Virus record (IMG/VR): IMGVR_UViG_3300035145_001815
Span: 1-30,955 of that record
DNA: 30,955 nt
DNA from: a virus
Taxonomy: Duplodnaviria > Caudoviricetes
Direction: 5' to 3' (one strand)
The translations under genes were made by a program, and so were the position numbers. Below the pieces are notes generated by a model that saw nothing but the letters and a program-made list of their open reading frames with translations, made no database searches and was not told the DNA's origin. Positions within the stretch are counted from its first letter, which is position 1. Every line of letters starts with the position of its first letter. This document shows positions 1 to 8,013 of the stretch, one piece after another.

Positions 1-508
1 GTTCCGACTTCAGCTCACCGTGATCTGGCATCTGCACCATGGCATTCATGTAGAAGCTGGGTAGTTCGAAGTGTCCAAATAGGTATTTGGCTTGTAACTT
101 CTCAATCCTACGCCATTCGTCACCTACTAACCAAGGAACTAATGCTACATCTTCGATAACTTGCATTTCATCTACCACGGTTATGCCTGGTATGTGCTTT
201 GCAAACTCAGTTGACTTTACATCACGCTTGTCTTTGTAGTATAAGTCGTGGTTACCTGCAAACATGTAGAACTGTTCAAAGGCATTACCTAGTTTTTCCA
301 ACAATCTAATGGTTGTATCCATAGTTGTAAGGTTCAAACTGTTCCTATTGTGGTGCCAATCACCACAAAAGATACCTGTTTCACAGTTATTAGCTTTAGC
401 TTGTTTAATATACCAATCGATATAGTCTTCACAGTCCTGATTATGAACCCGTGAGTTACCCTTCATACCCAAATGTATGTCAGTAAACACTGCTGCTTTC
501 TTAAACAA
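1..508 (-). CDS. gp47: Recombination endonuclease subunit, T4 gp47/Mre11/SbcD-like metallophosphoesterase (3' end runs off the window; absent from ORF track)
   Basis: Manual translation from TTG at 508: MFKKAAVFTDIHLGMKGNSRVHNQD...IFCGDWHHNR...FAGNHDLYYKD...YLFGHFEL. Shows the DxH, GDxxH and GNHD phosphoesterase motifs. SD GGAGA at 519-515. Lies next to a gp55-like gene, as in T4-like phages. Confidence 0.92.
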   Translation of the reverse strand, partial: MFKKAAVFTDIHLGMKGNSRVHNQDCEDYIDWYIKQAKANNCETGIFCGDWHHNRNSLNLTTMDTTIRLLEKLGNAFEQFYMFAGNHDLYYKDKRDVKSTEFAKHIPGITVVDEMQVIEDVALVPWLVGDEWRRIEKLQAKYLFGHFELPSFYMNAMVQMPDHGELKSE

Positions 509-531
509 ATGATTTCTCCGTATTGAACTAC

Positions 532-560
532 ACTATAACAAGAAAAACAAACAAAATCAA
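532..560 (-). promoter_or_regulatory. Sigma70-type promoter for gp47
   Basis: Minus strand TTGATT (560-555), 17-nt spacer ending TGT, TATAGT (537-532), i.e. an extended -10 TGn. The -35 overlaps the TGA stop of the upstream gene. Confidence 0.65.
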
Positions 561-1387
561 CCGGATTTTTGTTCTTCCTGTCTTCTTAATGCTGCTTCCC
601 ATTCACCTTGGTGTAGTCTTGTGTAACTTGGATTGTAATCGTTCATCTCAAGTATGTCATCTCTTATGTTTTGATTGCGTTTTTCTAAATTAATGACCCG
701 AACAAAGCTATTAGTAACAGCAGCGGTATAATAGGCAAAAGGATTGTTAGATTTACTCTCATCAAATTGTAGTCCTATCTGTGCAAGTTGTAGTATTGCT
801 TGCCCTTTCATTTCATCTTTGTAGGTGTAACCTCTTACATTGCCTCTCGTAGAGTATCTGTCTACAAGTTTGAGCCACATCATAGCCAGTTTATTGGTTG
901 CTTTACCGTGTTCTTTACTAAAGTGACCATTTTCCATTCCACCTACCCAATGACTTTTACCTATACAAACTAGATTGTCATTGTCGTCAAATTTAAAGTG
1001 CTGAAACGGAGGAAAGTTTAGTTTTGTTTTGTGATCAGCAACAGTTTTAGGATTTTTCTTACGTCCAGGTTCGTCTGGGATATGATCAAACATCATAATA
1101 CGAAACACAAGATCTGTTTTTTCTATAGATCTATAGTCTACTTCAAATTCAGCAAGTTTAACCTTTTTCCCGTCGGCTTTAGCAGCTTCATATGCTGTTT
1201 GTCCTTGCTTTTTAGCTTTGTTTCTTTTAGCTTCTGCTATTGTTCTTATATTAATTTTACTAATTTCTGGCAAAATTATATCATAATTTGCGTATTCTGG
1301 TGACACGTAGCTACAAAATGTTGCTTTTGACTTGTGTATTTCTGCTAACATGTCTTTGTTGTTTAAATAATTTACTTTCCTGGCCAA
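557..1387 (-). CDS. gp55: Late-transcription sigma factor, T4 gp55-like, with large internal insertion (276 aa from TTG 1387)
   Basis: N-terminal NYLNNKDML and core RGNVRGYTYKDEMKGQA...FDESKSNNPFAYYTAAVTNSFVRVINLEKR match gp55 family motifs (YVNNKE; NF.GY...EM; FD..K..NP.AY.T....N.F...I..E). Start moved from ATG 1408 to in-frame TTG 1387 because SD AAGGAG (1399-1394) precedes it and ATG 1408 lies inside the -10 box. Confidence 0.85.
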   Translation of the reverse strand: MARKVNYLNNKDMLAEIHKSKATFCSYVSPEYANYDIILPEISKINIRTIAEAKRNKAKKQGQTAYEAAKADGKKVKLAEFEVDYRSIEKTDLVFRIMMFDHIPDEPGRKKNPKTVADHKTKLNFPPFQHFKFDDNDNLVCIGKSHWVGGMENGHFSKEHGKATNKLAMMWLKLVDRYSTRGNVRGYTYKDEMKGQAILQLAQIGLQFDESKSNNPFAYYTAAVTNSFVRVINLEKRNQNIRDDILEMNDYNPSYTRLHQGEWEAALRRQEEQKSG

Positions 1388-1406
1388 TTTCGACTCCTTT
1401 TGTAAC

Positions 1407-1435
1407 ATAATAAACTATGCACTTAATTTTGTCAA
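1407..1435 (-). promoter_or_regulatory. Strong sigma70-type promoter for the gp55-like gene
   Basis: Minus strand TTGACA (1435-1430), exactly 17 nt, TATTAT (1412-1407). Confidence 0.8.
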
Positions 1436-1442
1436 CTAAATA
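1413..1442 (+). promoter_or_regulatory. Putative late promoter (TAAATA core) with upstream AACTRYGCACTT element, copy 1
   Basis: AACTATGCACTT-N12-TAAATA (TAAATA 1437-1442, resembling T4 late TATAAATA), followed by SD AGGAG and ATG 1460. Shares 22/30 positions with 8456-8485. Confidence 0.7.
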
Positions 1443-1459
1443 ATGTATAGGAGAAATAA

Positions 1460-2296
1460 ATGGCCGATACCTTTCAAACAACCCCAGCAAGTCGCGGTAG
1501 TGAACTTACACAGGTTAATGCTAACGACAGATATGCAAAACAAAATTTGTCTGAACTTTCAGGTTCAAATGCAAATCAACTTATGAGTAGGCATCGAGCA
1601 AGAAACATTCCTGCTGGTGCAGAGCCTTTAAAGCGTGATGCTCAAATAGCATCAATGGCTCCTTTAAACACAGATATTGGTGATGATTGGCGTGTGAAAA
1701 TAAGTGTTCCTGATCTTGCCACGTTTAGATCTAGTCCTTTGTTAACTCCTTTAGCTGACACAGGTTACAATGTTGTATTTCCTATTGTTCCTACTATTGC
1801 TGTTCAATACATGGCTCAATACGATAGCATCGCACCTGTTCATACTAACTATACTTATCCTCAATACGTGAACAGTAGCGTAAATGAGATTGCTATCACA
1901 GGCGAATTTCCCGTGCAAAGCGAAGAAGAAGGAAGGTATTGGTTAGCAACCACACATTTCTTTAGAAGTGTAACAAAAATGTTTTATGGGGACAGCAGTA
2001 ACAAAGGTGCACCACCTCCGTTGTGTAAATTAAACGGCTATGGCGACTTTGTTTTGAATAATGTTCCTGTTGTTGTAACAAGTTTTGTAAGTGATTTGCC
2101 GAATAATGTTGATTATATCCGTGTTCCGGTAGAAAATGCACAAGAACTTGGTAGTTATGCACCAAAATATCAAATGGTGCCACGCAATAGCACTATTGCA
2201 ATCACAGTTAGACCAACTTACAGCAGAGGAAGAATATCAGAATTCAGCCTTGACAAGTTTGTTAATGGTGATCTTACTGATAAAGGATTCATCTAA
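1460..2296 (+). CDS. Baseplate/tail-tube initiator-like protein (gp48/gp54 or CIS tube-fold)
   Basis: 278 aa with good SD. Pattern VFPxxPTI...Y...EIAITGEF...FFRSVTKMFYG...GAPPPLCKLNGYG...VPVVVTSF is typical of tube-initiator proteins. Sits directly before a gp53/LysM-like gene. Confidence 0.6.
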   Translation: MADTFQTTPASRGSELTQVNANDRYAKQNLSELSGSNANQLMSRHRARNIPAGAEPLKRDAQIASMAPLNTDIGDDWRVKISVPDLATFRSSPLLTPLADTGYNVVFPIVPTIAVQYMAQYDSIAPVHTNYTYPQYVNSSVNEIAITGEFPVQSEEEGRYWLATTHFFRSVTKMFYGDSSNKGAPPPLCKLNGYGDFVLNNVPVVVTSFVSDLPNNVDYIRVPVENAQELGSYAPKYQMVPRNSTIAITVRPTYSRGRISEFSLDKFVNGDLTDKGFI

Positions 2297-2598
2297 TGGC
2301 AAGTTATACAAAAACCAGTCCATATTCTAACACACCAATTACAGAAAGCGGAGAACTTGACATATTGAAAATACGTCCTGTGCCTGCAGATGACGATGAT
2401 TACCTTTATGAAATAGAACCACAGTATAATTTCCGTCCAGATTTACTAGCACACGATCTATATGGATCACCGAAGCTATGGTGGGTGTTTGCGCAAAGAA
2501 ATTTAGACGTTTTGAAAGATCCTGTTTTTGATTTAAAGGCAGGTGTAAAGATATTTTTACCTAAACAGAGTGCATTACAGAAGGCCTTAGGTGTCTAA
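2296..2598 (+). CDS. gp53: Baseplate wedge protein, gp53/LysM-like
   Basis: 100 aa. RPDLLAHDLYGSPKLWWVFAQRN...DP..DLKAGVKIFLP is the gp53/LysM signature. TAATG overlaps on both sides. Confidence 0.85.
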   Translation: MASYTKTSPYSNTPITESGELDILKIRPVPADDDDYLYEIEPQYNFRPDLLAHDLYGSPKLWWVFAQRNLDVLKDPVFDLKAGVKIFLPKQSALQKALGV

Positions 2599-4934
2599 TG
2601 ACTATAAAACCTAACATGTTGCATCAATTTGCAAGTTTCAACAATGTGTTTACGCTGTCAGTGTTGACAGTTGACGAAGTAAACATGCCTGATGAAACAT
2701 ATCGTGTTGGTGAACCTGTGTTGCAAATATTACGTAGCGGCGGAGGAGCAGATAATAAAGTTACTACCGTATATGAGGATGCAATTGGTAAAAAATTAGA
2801 ATACTTTATCGACGATGTATCTATTGAGGGCCTTATGGTTCCTAATAGTAAAACTAGAACCACCAACGCAACATTTATAGAATTTAGTGTAACTGAACCT
2901 TATAGTATGGGTTTGTTCCTACAAACTTTACAAATTGCTGCAACAACAGCAGGCTATACAAACTATTTGCAAGCACCTTTCTTACTTACAGTTGAATTTA
3001 TTGGATATGACGATGACGGAGACATACTTGTAGTCGAAGATGGAAGAAATCTAAAAAGAATGTTTCCTTTGAAATTTACAAATGTAGAATTCAATATAGC
3101 AGAACAAGGAACAACATATCAAGTTGAATGTATTCCTTGGAACGAACAAGCATTCCTTGATAATATTGAAAATACACAAACTGATACAGCACTCAAAGGA
3201 AAAACAGTAGTAGAAGTTTTGCAAAGTGGCGAACAAAGTCTAACAACTATATTAAATGGCAGATTTGAAGAACTAAGAAAAGCAAATAAACTTACAACAG
3301 CAGACGAAATGGTTATAAGTTTTCCAAATGAGTTTGCAACTAGTTTATCTCCAGCACAAACGTTAAGTAATAACGATCAAGGTGCTACTATGCCTGGAAA
3401 AAGCACCCGTAAAAAAGGTGGCGGCCTGTTTGGAAACATTGTAAAAGGTGCTGTCGGCGGAATTATTGGCGGAGCACTTACCGGAAATAAAGATATTGGA
3501 CAAAATGCACTAGGTGGAGCACTTGGAGGAGTTTTAGGCGGAGGTTTTGCAGGTGGGTTAAGTGCAAGTATTGGCGGTTTGCTTACTAGTTTTAAAGAAG
3601 GCGACATAAACGGATTATTCCAAGGTATAACTGGGTTCTTGGGCGCACAAGCACCACAGGATTTTGAAGCATTTATCAGTATGATCACAGGACAAGTGTT
3701 TACAAGAAGTAATATTGGAGAAGGATTATCTCAGTTATCACAAAACCCTGGCAGTGTTAACCAACTTGGTAACAATAAAATAATAGATGCATTCCAAGAC
3801 ATGGGTCAAGCACCTATGGCACAAACCGGACAAGTCTATGATAGCAAAAATAAAGTTATGACTAGGGGCAAAAATGTTATTAGTCCCGATGAACGTGTGT
3901 TTGCTTTTCCTAGTGGTGCAAAAGTTACAAGAATTATAGAAGAAGTAATGCTTACTAGTGATTGGGCGAAGAATGTAAAAGAAAGAGCACCTGATGAAAA
4001 CGGAATGTTAGAATGGTTTAAGATTGTAAGTGAAGTTTATATAAAACCAGGTGCGCAAACAGAACAGTTAAACGGTAAACCGGCACAAACCTATCATTAT
4101 AAGATTGTTCCATATAAAGTTCATTCAAGTCATTTCCAAAAACCAACAGATCCTGGTCTTAGCTACTCTGGCTTAGAACAAAAGGCAGTGAAAGAATACA
4201 ATTATATATACACTGGCGAAAGCAAAGACATATTAAATTTTGATATCAATATAAATGCTGCATTCTTTACTGCAACTATGGCAGATGATGGACAAAACAA
4301 TCTTAGTTTCAAAACAGGCGGATCACAAATGAAAGTAGTCCAAGATAAAGACGGACAATTAACAATTAATGATCCAACAAGAGCAATCAGTTCAACAGGA
4401 CAAATATTACAAAGTGAAATTGGAACTTTGAGCACTATGGGAGGCGGCGGTGCCGGTATTGACAACAATAAAATTAGAACAGCACGTATGTTCCATGATA
4501 TTATAATAAACAGTGATGTAGATTTGGTAAGTTTAGAATTACAAATACTTGGTGATCCGTATTATGTTTTTGATAGCGGTATGGGCAACTACACAGCACG
4601 TGATATCGATCAGAATGAAACAGAAAATGGTGATATTGAATATCAAAGAGGCGAAACAGATATAATCGTGAATTTTAGAACACCTGTTGATTACAATGAA
4701 GATACAGGGACAATGGATTTTCCAGAAGACACAGTGCCAGTTGATGCATTTAGTGGTTTGTATAGAGTAACCAGTTTAGTAAATCAATTTAAAAACGGAC
4801 AATTCACACAAACACTTACACTATTACGTAGACGTAACCAAGAAAAAGATATAAAACAAGTGGCAGCACAAGACAAAGCAGTTAAAGTGATTGATGCTAC
4901 ACCACAACAAACAGTATATAGCCCGTATGGATAA
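2598..4934 (+). CDS. Baseplate hub protein (gp27/VgrG N-terminal-like) with Gly-rich insertion
   Basis: 778 aa between gp53 and the spike gene. C-terminal LELQILGDPY...FSGLYRVTSLVNQFKNGQFTQTLTLLR is characteristic of hub proteins. Confidence 0.7.
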   Translation: MTIKPNMLHQFASFNNVFTLSVLTVDEVNMPDETYRVGEPVLQILRSGGGADNKVTTVYEDAIGKKLEYFIDDVSIEGLMVPNSKTRTTNATFIEFSVTEPYSMGLFLQTLQIAATTAGYTNYLQAPFLLTVEFIGYDDDGDILVVEDGRNLKRMFPLKFTNVEFNIAEQGTTYQVECIPWNEQAFLDNIENTQTDTALKGKTVVEVLQSGEQSLTTILNGRFEELRKANKLTTADEMVISFPNEFATSLSPAQTLSNNDQGATMPGKSTRKKGGGLFGNIVKGAVGGIIGGALTGNKDIGQNALGGALGGVLGGGFAGGLSASIGGLLTSFKEGDINGLFQGITGFLGAQAPQDFEAFISMITGQVFTRSNIGEGLSQLSQNPGSVNQLGNNKIIDAFQDMGQAPMAQTGQVYDSKNKVMTRGKNVISPDERVFAFPSGAKVTRIIEEVMLTSDWAKNVKERAPDENGMLEWFKIVSEVYIKPGAQTEQLNGKPAQTYHYKIVPYKVHSSHFQKPTDPGLSYSGLEQKAVKEYNYIYTGESKDILNFDININAAFFTATMADDGQNNLSFKTGGSQMKVVQDKDGQLTINDPTRAISSTGQILQSEIGTLSTMGGGGAGIDNNKIRTARMFHDIIINSDVDLVSLELQILGDPYYVFDSGMGNYTARDIDQNETENGDIEYQRGETDIIVNFRTPVDYNEDTGTMDFPEDTVPVDAFSGLYRVTSLVNQFKNGQFTQTLTLLRRRNQEKDIKQVAAQDKAVKVIDATPQQTVYSPYG

Positions 4935-4939
4935 TTTAA

Positions 4940-6424
4940 ATGGCAAACTCAGTAGGTAACAACGAACAAAAACGCACAGCAGATCCAGGCCCACAGCAAA
5001 GAAATCCTGGTCCTTATCTAGCCCGTGTTATCAAACATGCTGATCCTTATTACTTAGGAGGATTAGAAGTTGAATTGTTAAAAACAACTGAAGCAGGTAA
5101 TATAGGTGAAACACTAGGACAGACTGCTATTGTTTATTATGCAAGTCCTTTTTATGGAATCACACAGAGTGCTAATACAGGAAAAAACGATACCTATAGT
5201 GATACACAAAAAAGTTATGGGTTTTGGGCAGTTCCGCCAGATCCTGGAAGTTTAGTTCTTGTAACATTTGTAGAAGGCACTAGAGAATTTGGATATTGGT
5301 TTGCTTGTGTGCCCGAAAAAGGCATGACATTTATGTTGCCAGGAGGACAACCAGCAACAGAACAACTTACAGGAGTTGTGCCAAGTGATTTAAAAGGCAA
5401 AAGATTGCCTGCAGGCGAATACAATAAAACAATCACAAAACCACAAACTAACAATGTAATAAAATATAAGCGTCCTATTAACAGTGACTTTGTGGATCAA
5501 TTATTAGAGCAAGGATTAGTCGAAGATGACATACGTGGAATAACTTCAAGTAGTGCTCAACGTGAGTTTCCTAGTGCTGTAATAGGTATAAGTTCTCCAG
5601 GTCCGGTTGACAAGCGTGGAGGATCTCCACAAGGTAAAATTGGTTTGAAAGAAAGCCAAGCTACTGTGCATACAAGCCGATTAGGCAGCAGTAGTTTTGT
5701 TATTGATGATGGCGATGACAAATTAATACGCAAAGGATCTCCTACAGACACTCCGTATGAGTATATTAACAAAGAAGCAAGCGGCAAAGGCGGAGATGTA
5801 ACAAGACCACACAACGAATTAATACGTTTACGAACTAGAACTGGCGCACAAATATTAATGCATACCAGCGAAGACTTAATTTATATCAACAATAGCAAAG
5901 GCACATGTTGGATAGAAATGTCTAGCAATGGTAAACTTGATGTGTATGCACAAGACAGCATAAGTTTTCATACAGAAGTTGATATGAATTTTACAGCTGA
6001 TAGAGATATTAATTTTGAAGCAGGCAGAAACATCAATATGATTGTAAATGAAACTATTAGACAATCTGCAGGACAAAATTTAGAAATAAAAGTTGGTGTA
6101 GACGGTAAAATACATGCAGGTAACAGCATACAAACACTTAGTGGAGAAGATACTATTGTAACAGCAGGTGGCACAGTGTGGATTGACGGCGGACCTGATG
6201 TGCAGCTCAATGGCGGCAATGCAGCAGCAGAAGCTGAAAAGGCATTTTTCCCACAGCGTGTTCCGCAACACGAACCATGGAACGGACATGAAAATTGGAA
6301 TCCACCCGAAGTAGAACCAGAAAAGACAGATTCGTTAAATACTACTGAGAGTCAAGACATACATCCTGAAGATAGGACTGTGCAAACTGATAGAACAGTA
6401 ATGAATGACTTGGGTAAGGAGTAA
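4940..6424 (+). CDS. gp5: Baseplate central spike, gp5/VgrG C-terminal-like (OB fold plus beta-helix, no lysozyme domain)
   Basis: 494 aa. N-terminal GPYLARVIKHADP..LGGLEVEL...YGFWAVPPDPGSLVLVTFVEG...YWFACV (gp5 OB fold). C-terminal RLRTRTGAQILM...IEMSSNGKLDVYA followed by roughly 8-residue beta repeats (NFTADRDINFEAGRNINM). Confidence 0.82.
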   Translation: MANSVGNNEQKRTADPGPQQRNPGPYLARVIKHADPYYLGGLEVELLKTTEAGNIGETLGQTAIVYYASPFYGITQSANTGKNDTYSDTQKSYGFWAVPPDPGSLVLVTFVEGTREFGYWFACVPEKGMTFMLPGGQPATEQLTGVVPSDLKGKRLPAGEYNKTITKPQTNNVIKYKRPINSDFVDQLLEQGLVEDDIRGITSSSAQREFPSAVIGISSPGPVDKRGGSPQGKIGLKESQATVHTSRLGSSSFVIDDGDDKLIRKGSPTDTPYEYINKEASGKGGDVTRPHNELIRLRTRTGAQILMHTSEDLIYINNSKGTCWIEMSSNGKLDVYAQDSISFHTEVDMNFTADRDINFEAGRNINMIVNETIRQSAGQNLEIKVGVDGKIHAGNSIQTLSGEDTIVTAGGTVWIDGGPDVQLNGGNAAAEAEKAFFPQRVPQHEPWNGHENWNPPEVEPEKTDSLNTTESQDIHPEDRTVQTDRTVMNDLGKE

Positions 6425-6427
6425 ATT

Positions 6428-8002
6428 ATGGCAGATACTTGGGCAGTAGTATCGGATAATACAACTACACAGCAATATACACAAAGTAGGGCAAATGATG
6501 CTCAAATAAGAATAACCCAAGGAGATATTCCTAGTTTTGCCACAGATGTTGCAAGGACTTGGGCAGTAACAAGCACAGGTATAAGTCAAGCAGGAGCAGC
6601 AAACAAATATGTTAGTGGTGCATCTGTTGCAAATATATCTTCAGCAATAAACGATATAAGTGTTACATTATCTGTAAAAGATAATTTGATAATAGGAGGT
6701 TTGCAAGGTGCGCTTAATGGCGGATTAAAAGGTGCAATCGAAGGTGGACTTAATAGTGCATTGAACGCTGCAATAGCACAAAGTGGTATAGCTGATCAAT
6801 TAAATTTTGCAGCAGGGCAAGTAGGAGTAAATTTACCAACAGTTCCTGGGTTACCTGCATTAGGAGGTAGCAGTCCAAGCGGTGCAAGCGGTGGTGCAGG
6901 AGCAGCAGCCAGAGCAGGTGTAACTAGATCAGGCACACTGCCCACAGATTCACCAGCAACAGCTAGAACAAGTATACAAGATGCTACACAAACTGATGTA
7001 GAAATTACAACAGATAGTTTCTTACAAGGATTACAAGGTAGTTTGAGTAGTTTAGCTCAAGGTATTAGTGGATTGTTAGGTGGTGCAATGCAGCAATTGA
7101 TGAGCAGCACAGCATTAAGCGGAGCACTTGGCGGATTAATGAGTGGATTAAGTGAAGGCTTAGGGAAGGCTCTTGGAGGATTAGCAAACGCATTAGGTGA
7201 TGCTGCAAATGGTATAATGACTGGGTTAGGTAATGCAATACAAAGCATACCTGGTGTTGGACCTGTTTTGAGCAATATGACTAACGCAATAGGAGATTTT
7301 GCAGGAAATATTAGCAAAGGGTTTGACGATTTACCACAAGGTGTCCAAGCAGGTGTAAATGGTGCTATAGCAGCCACTGGCGCTGCTTTGTTAAACAAAA
7401 CAAATATAGGATTACCAAAAATATCTCCTGCTATAGCAGGAACAGTAGTTGCTTCTTTAACAATGGCAGATAATCCTGCTGCACAATTAAGGCAAATTGC
7501 ATCCACTGCAAAAGAAGTTGATAGAAAAACATTTCCAGAAACAAAAGATCGAAGATTTGCAAACATTGCTAGTGCTGCAACAAAAGCAGCTAAAGAAATG
7601 GAAAAGAATATTCAGAGAAATGATAACGGAGATTTTCAAATGAATAGAAATCCTGAAAGAGCTTCTGCAGATATACAAAAAACACAAGTAATACGTAATG
7701 GTGCTATTGTAGAAACAACTAATACATTTGTTGATAATTTAAATGATATACAATTACAAAGTTATCAAACATATCAAAGAATTCTAATAGGCAAATTTGC
7801 AGTATATGGTAGTGATGCACAACAGCTTGCTAATCAAGCCTACAATGAATATATTGAATATGAGCAACTTGTCACACCAGAAACCAAATCTTTTATTTTA
7901 CTGGTAAAACCAAAAGATGCAAAAACCATAAAAGATCTTGCAAACAGATTTTTGACTTTCTATCGTAGTAGCAAAAGTCGTTACACCATGTCTGGGCTGT
8001 AG
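6428..8002 (+). CDS. Hypothetical Gly/Ala-rich protein with amphipathic helical repeats, probably virion-associated
   Basis: 524-aa ORF with SD TAAGGAG (6415-6421). Has glycine-zipper-like runs, 11-mer repeats and a charged/aromatic C-terminal part. No family recognised. Confidence 0.75.
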   Translation: MADTWAVVSDNTTTQQYTQSRANDAQIRITQGDIPSFATDVARTWAVTSTGISQAGAANKYVSGASVANISSAINDISVTLSVKDNLIIGGLQGALNGGLKGAIEGGLNSALNAAIAQSGIADQLNFAAGQVGVNLPTVPGLPALGGSSPSGASGGAGAAARAGVTRSGTLPTDSPATARTSIQDATQTDVEITTDSFLQGLQGSLSSLAQGISGLLGGAMQQLMSSTALSGALGGLMSGLSEGLGKALGGLANALGDAANGIMTGLGNAIQSIPGVGPVLSNMTNAIGDFAGNISKGFDDLPQGVQAGVNGAIAATGAALLNKTNIGLPKISPAIAGTVVASLTMADNPAAQLRQIASTAKEVDRKTFPETKDRRFANIASAATKAAKEMEKNIQRNDNGDFQMNRNPERASADIQKTQVIRNGAIVETTNTFVDNLNDIQLQSYQTYQRILIGKFAVYGSDAQQLANQAYNEYIEYEQLVTPETKSFILLVKPKDAKTIKDLANRFLTFYRSSKSRYTMSGL

Positions 8003-8003
8003 G

Positions 8004-8009
8004 TAAATA
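8004..8009 (+). promoter_or_regulatory. Putative late promoter core TAAATA immediately upstream of gp25
   Basis: GGTAAATACGTTATG: TAAATA fills the 11-nt intergenic gap, 4 nt before ATG 8014. Confidence 0.5.
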
Positions 8010-8013
8010 CGTT

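Noticed and set aside
541-577. Intrinsic terminator between gp55-like and gp47 (AAAATC-N5-GATTTT followed by a T-rich run on the minus strand)
   Set aside because: The stem is almost all A:T and short. The T-rich run is equally explained as the promoter spacer.
1388-1408. ATG 1408 as start of the sigma gene
   Set aside because: It lies within the -10 box and has no SD. In-frame TTG 1387 has AAGGAG at proper spacing.
6428-8002. The phage's main tape-measure protein
   Set aside because: Repeats are TMP-like, but the repeat region is short and the position between gp5 and gp25 is atypical. Not excluded, but not supportable as a call.
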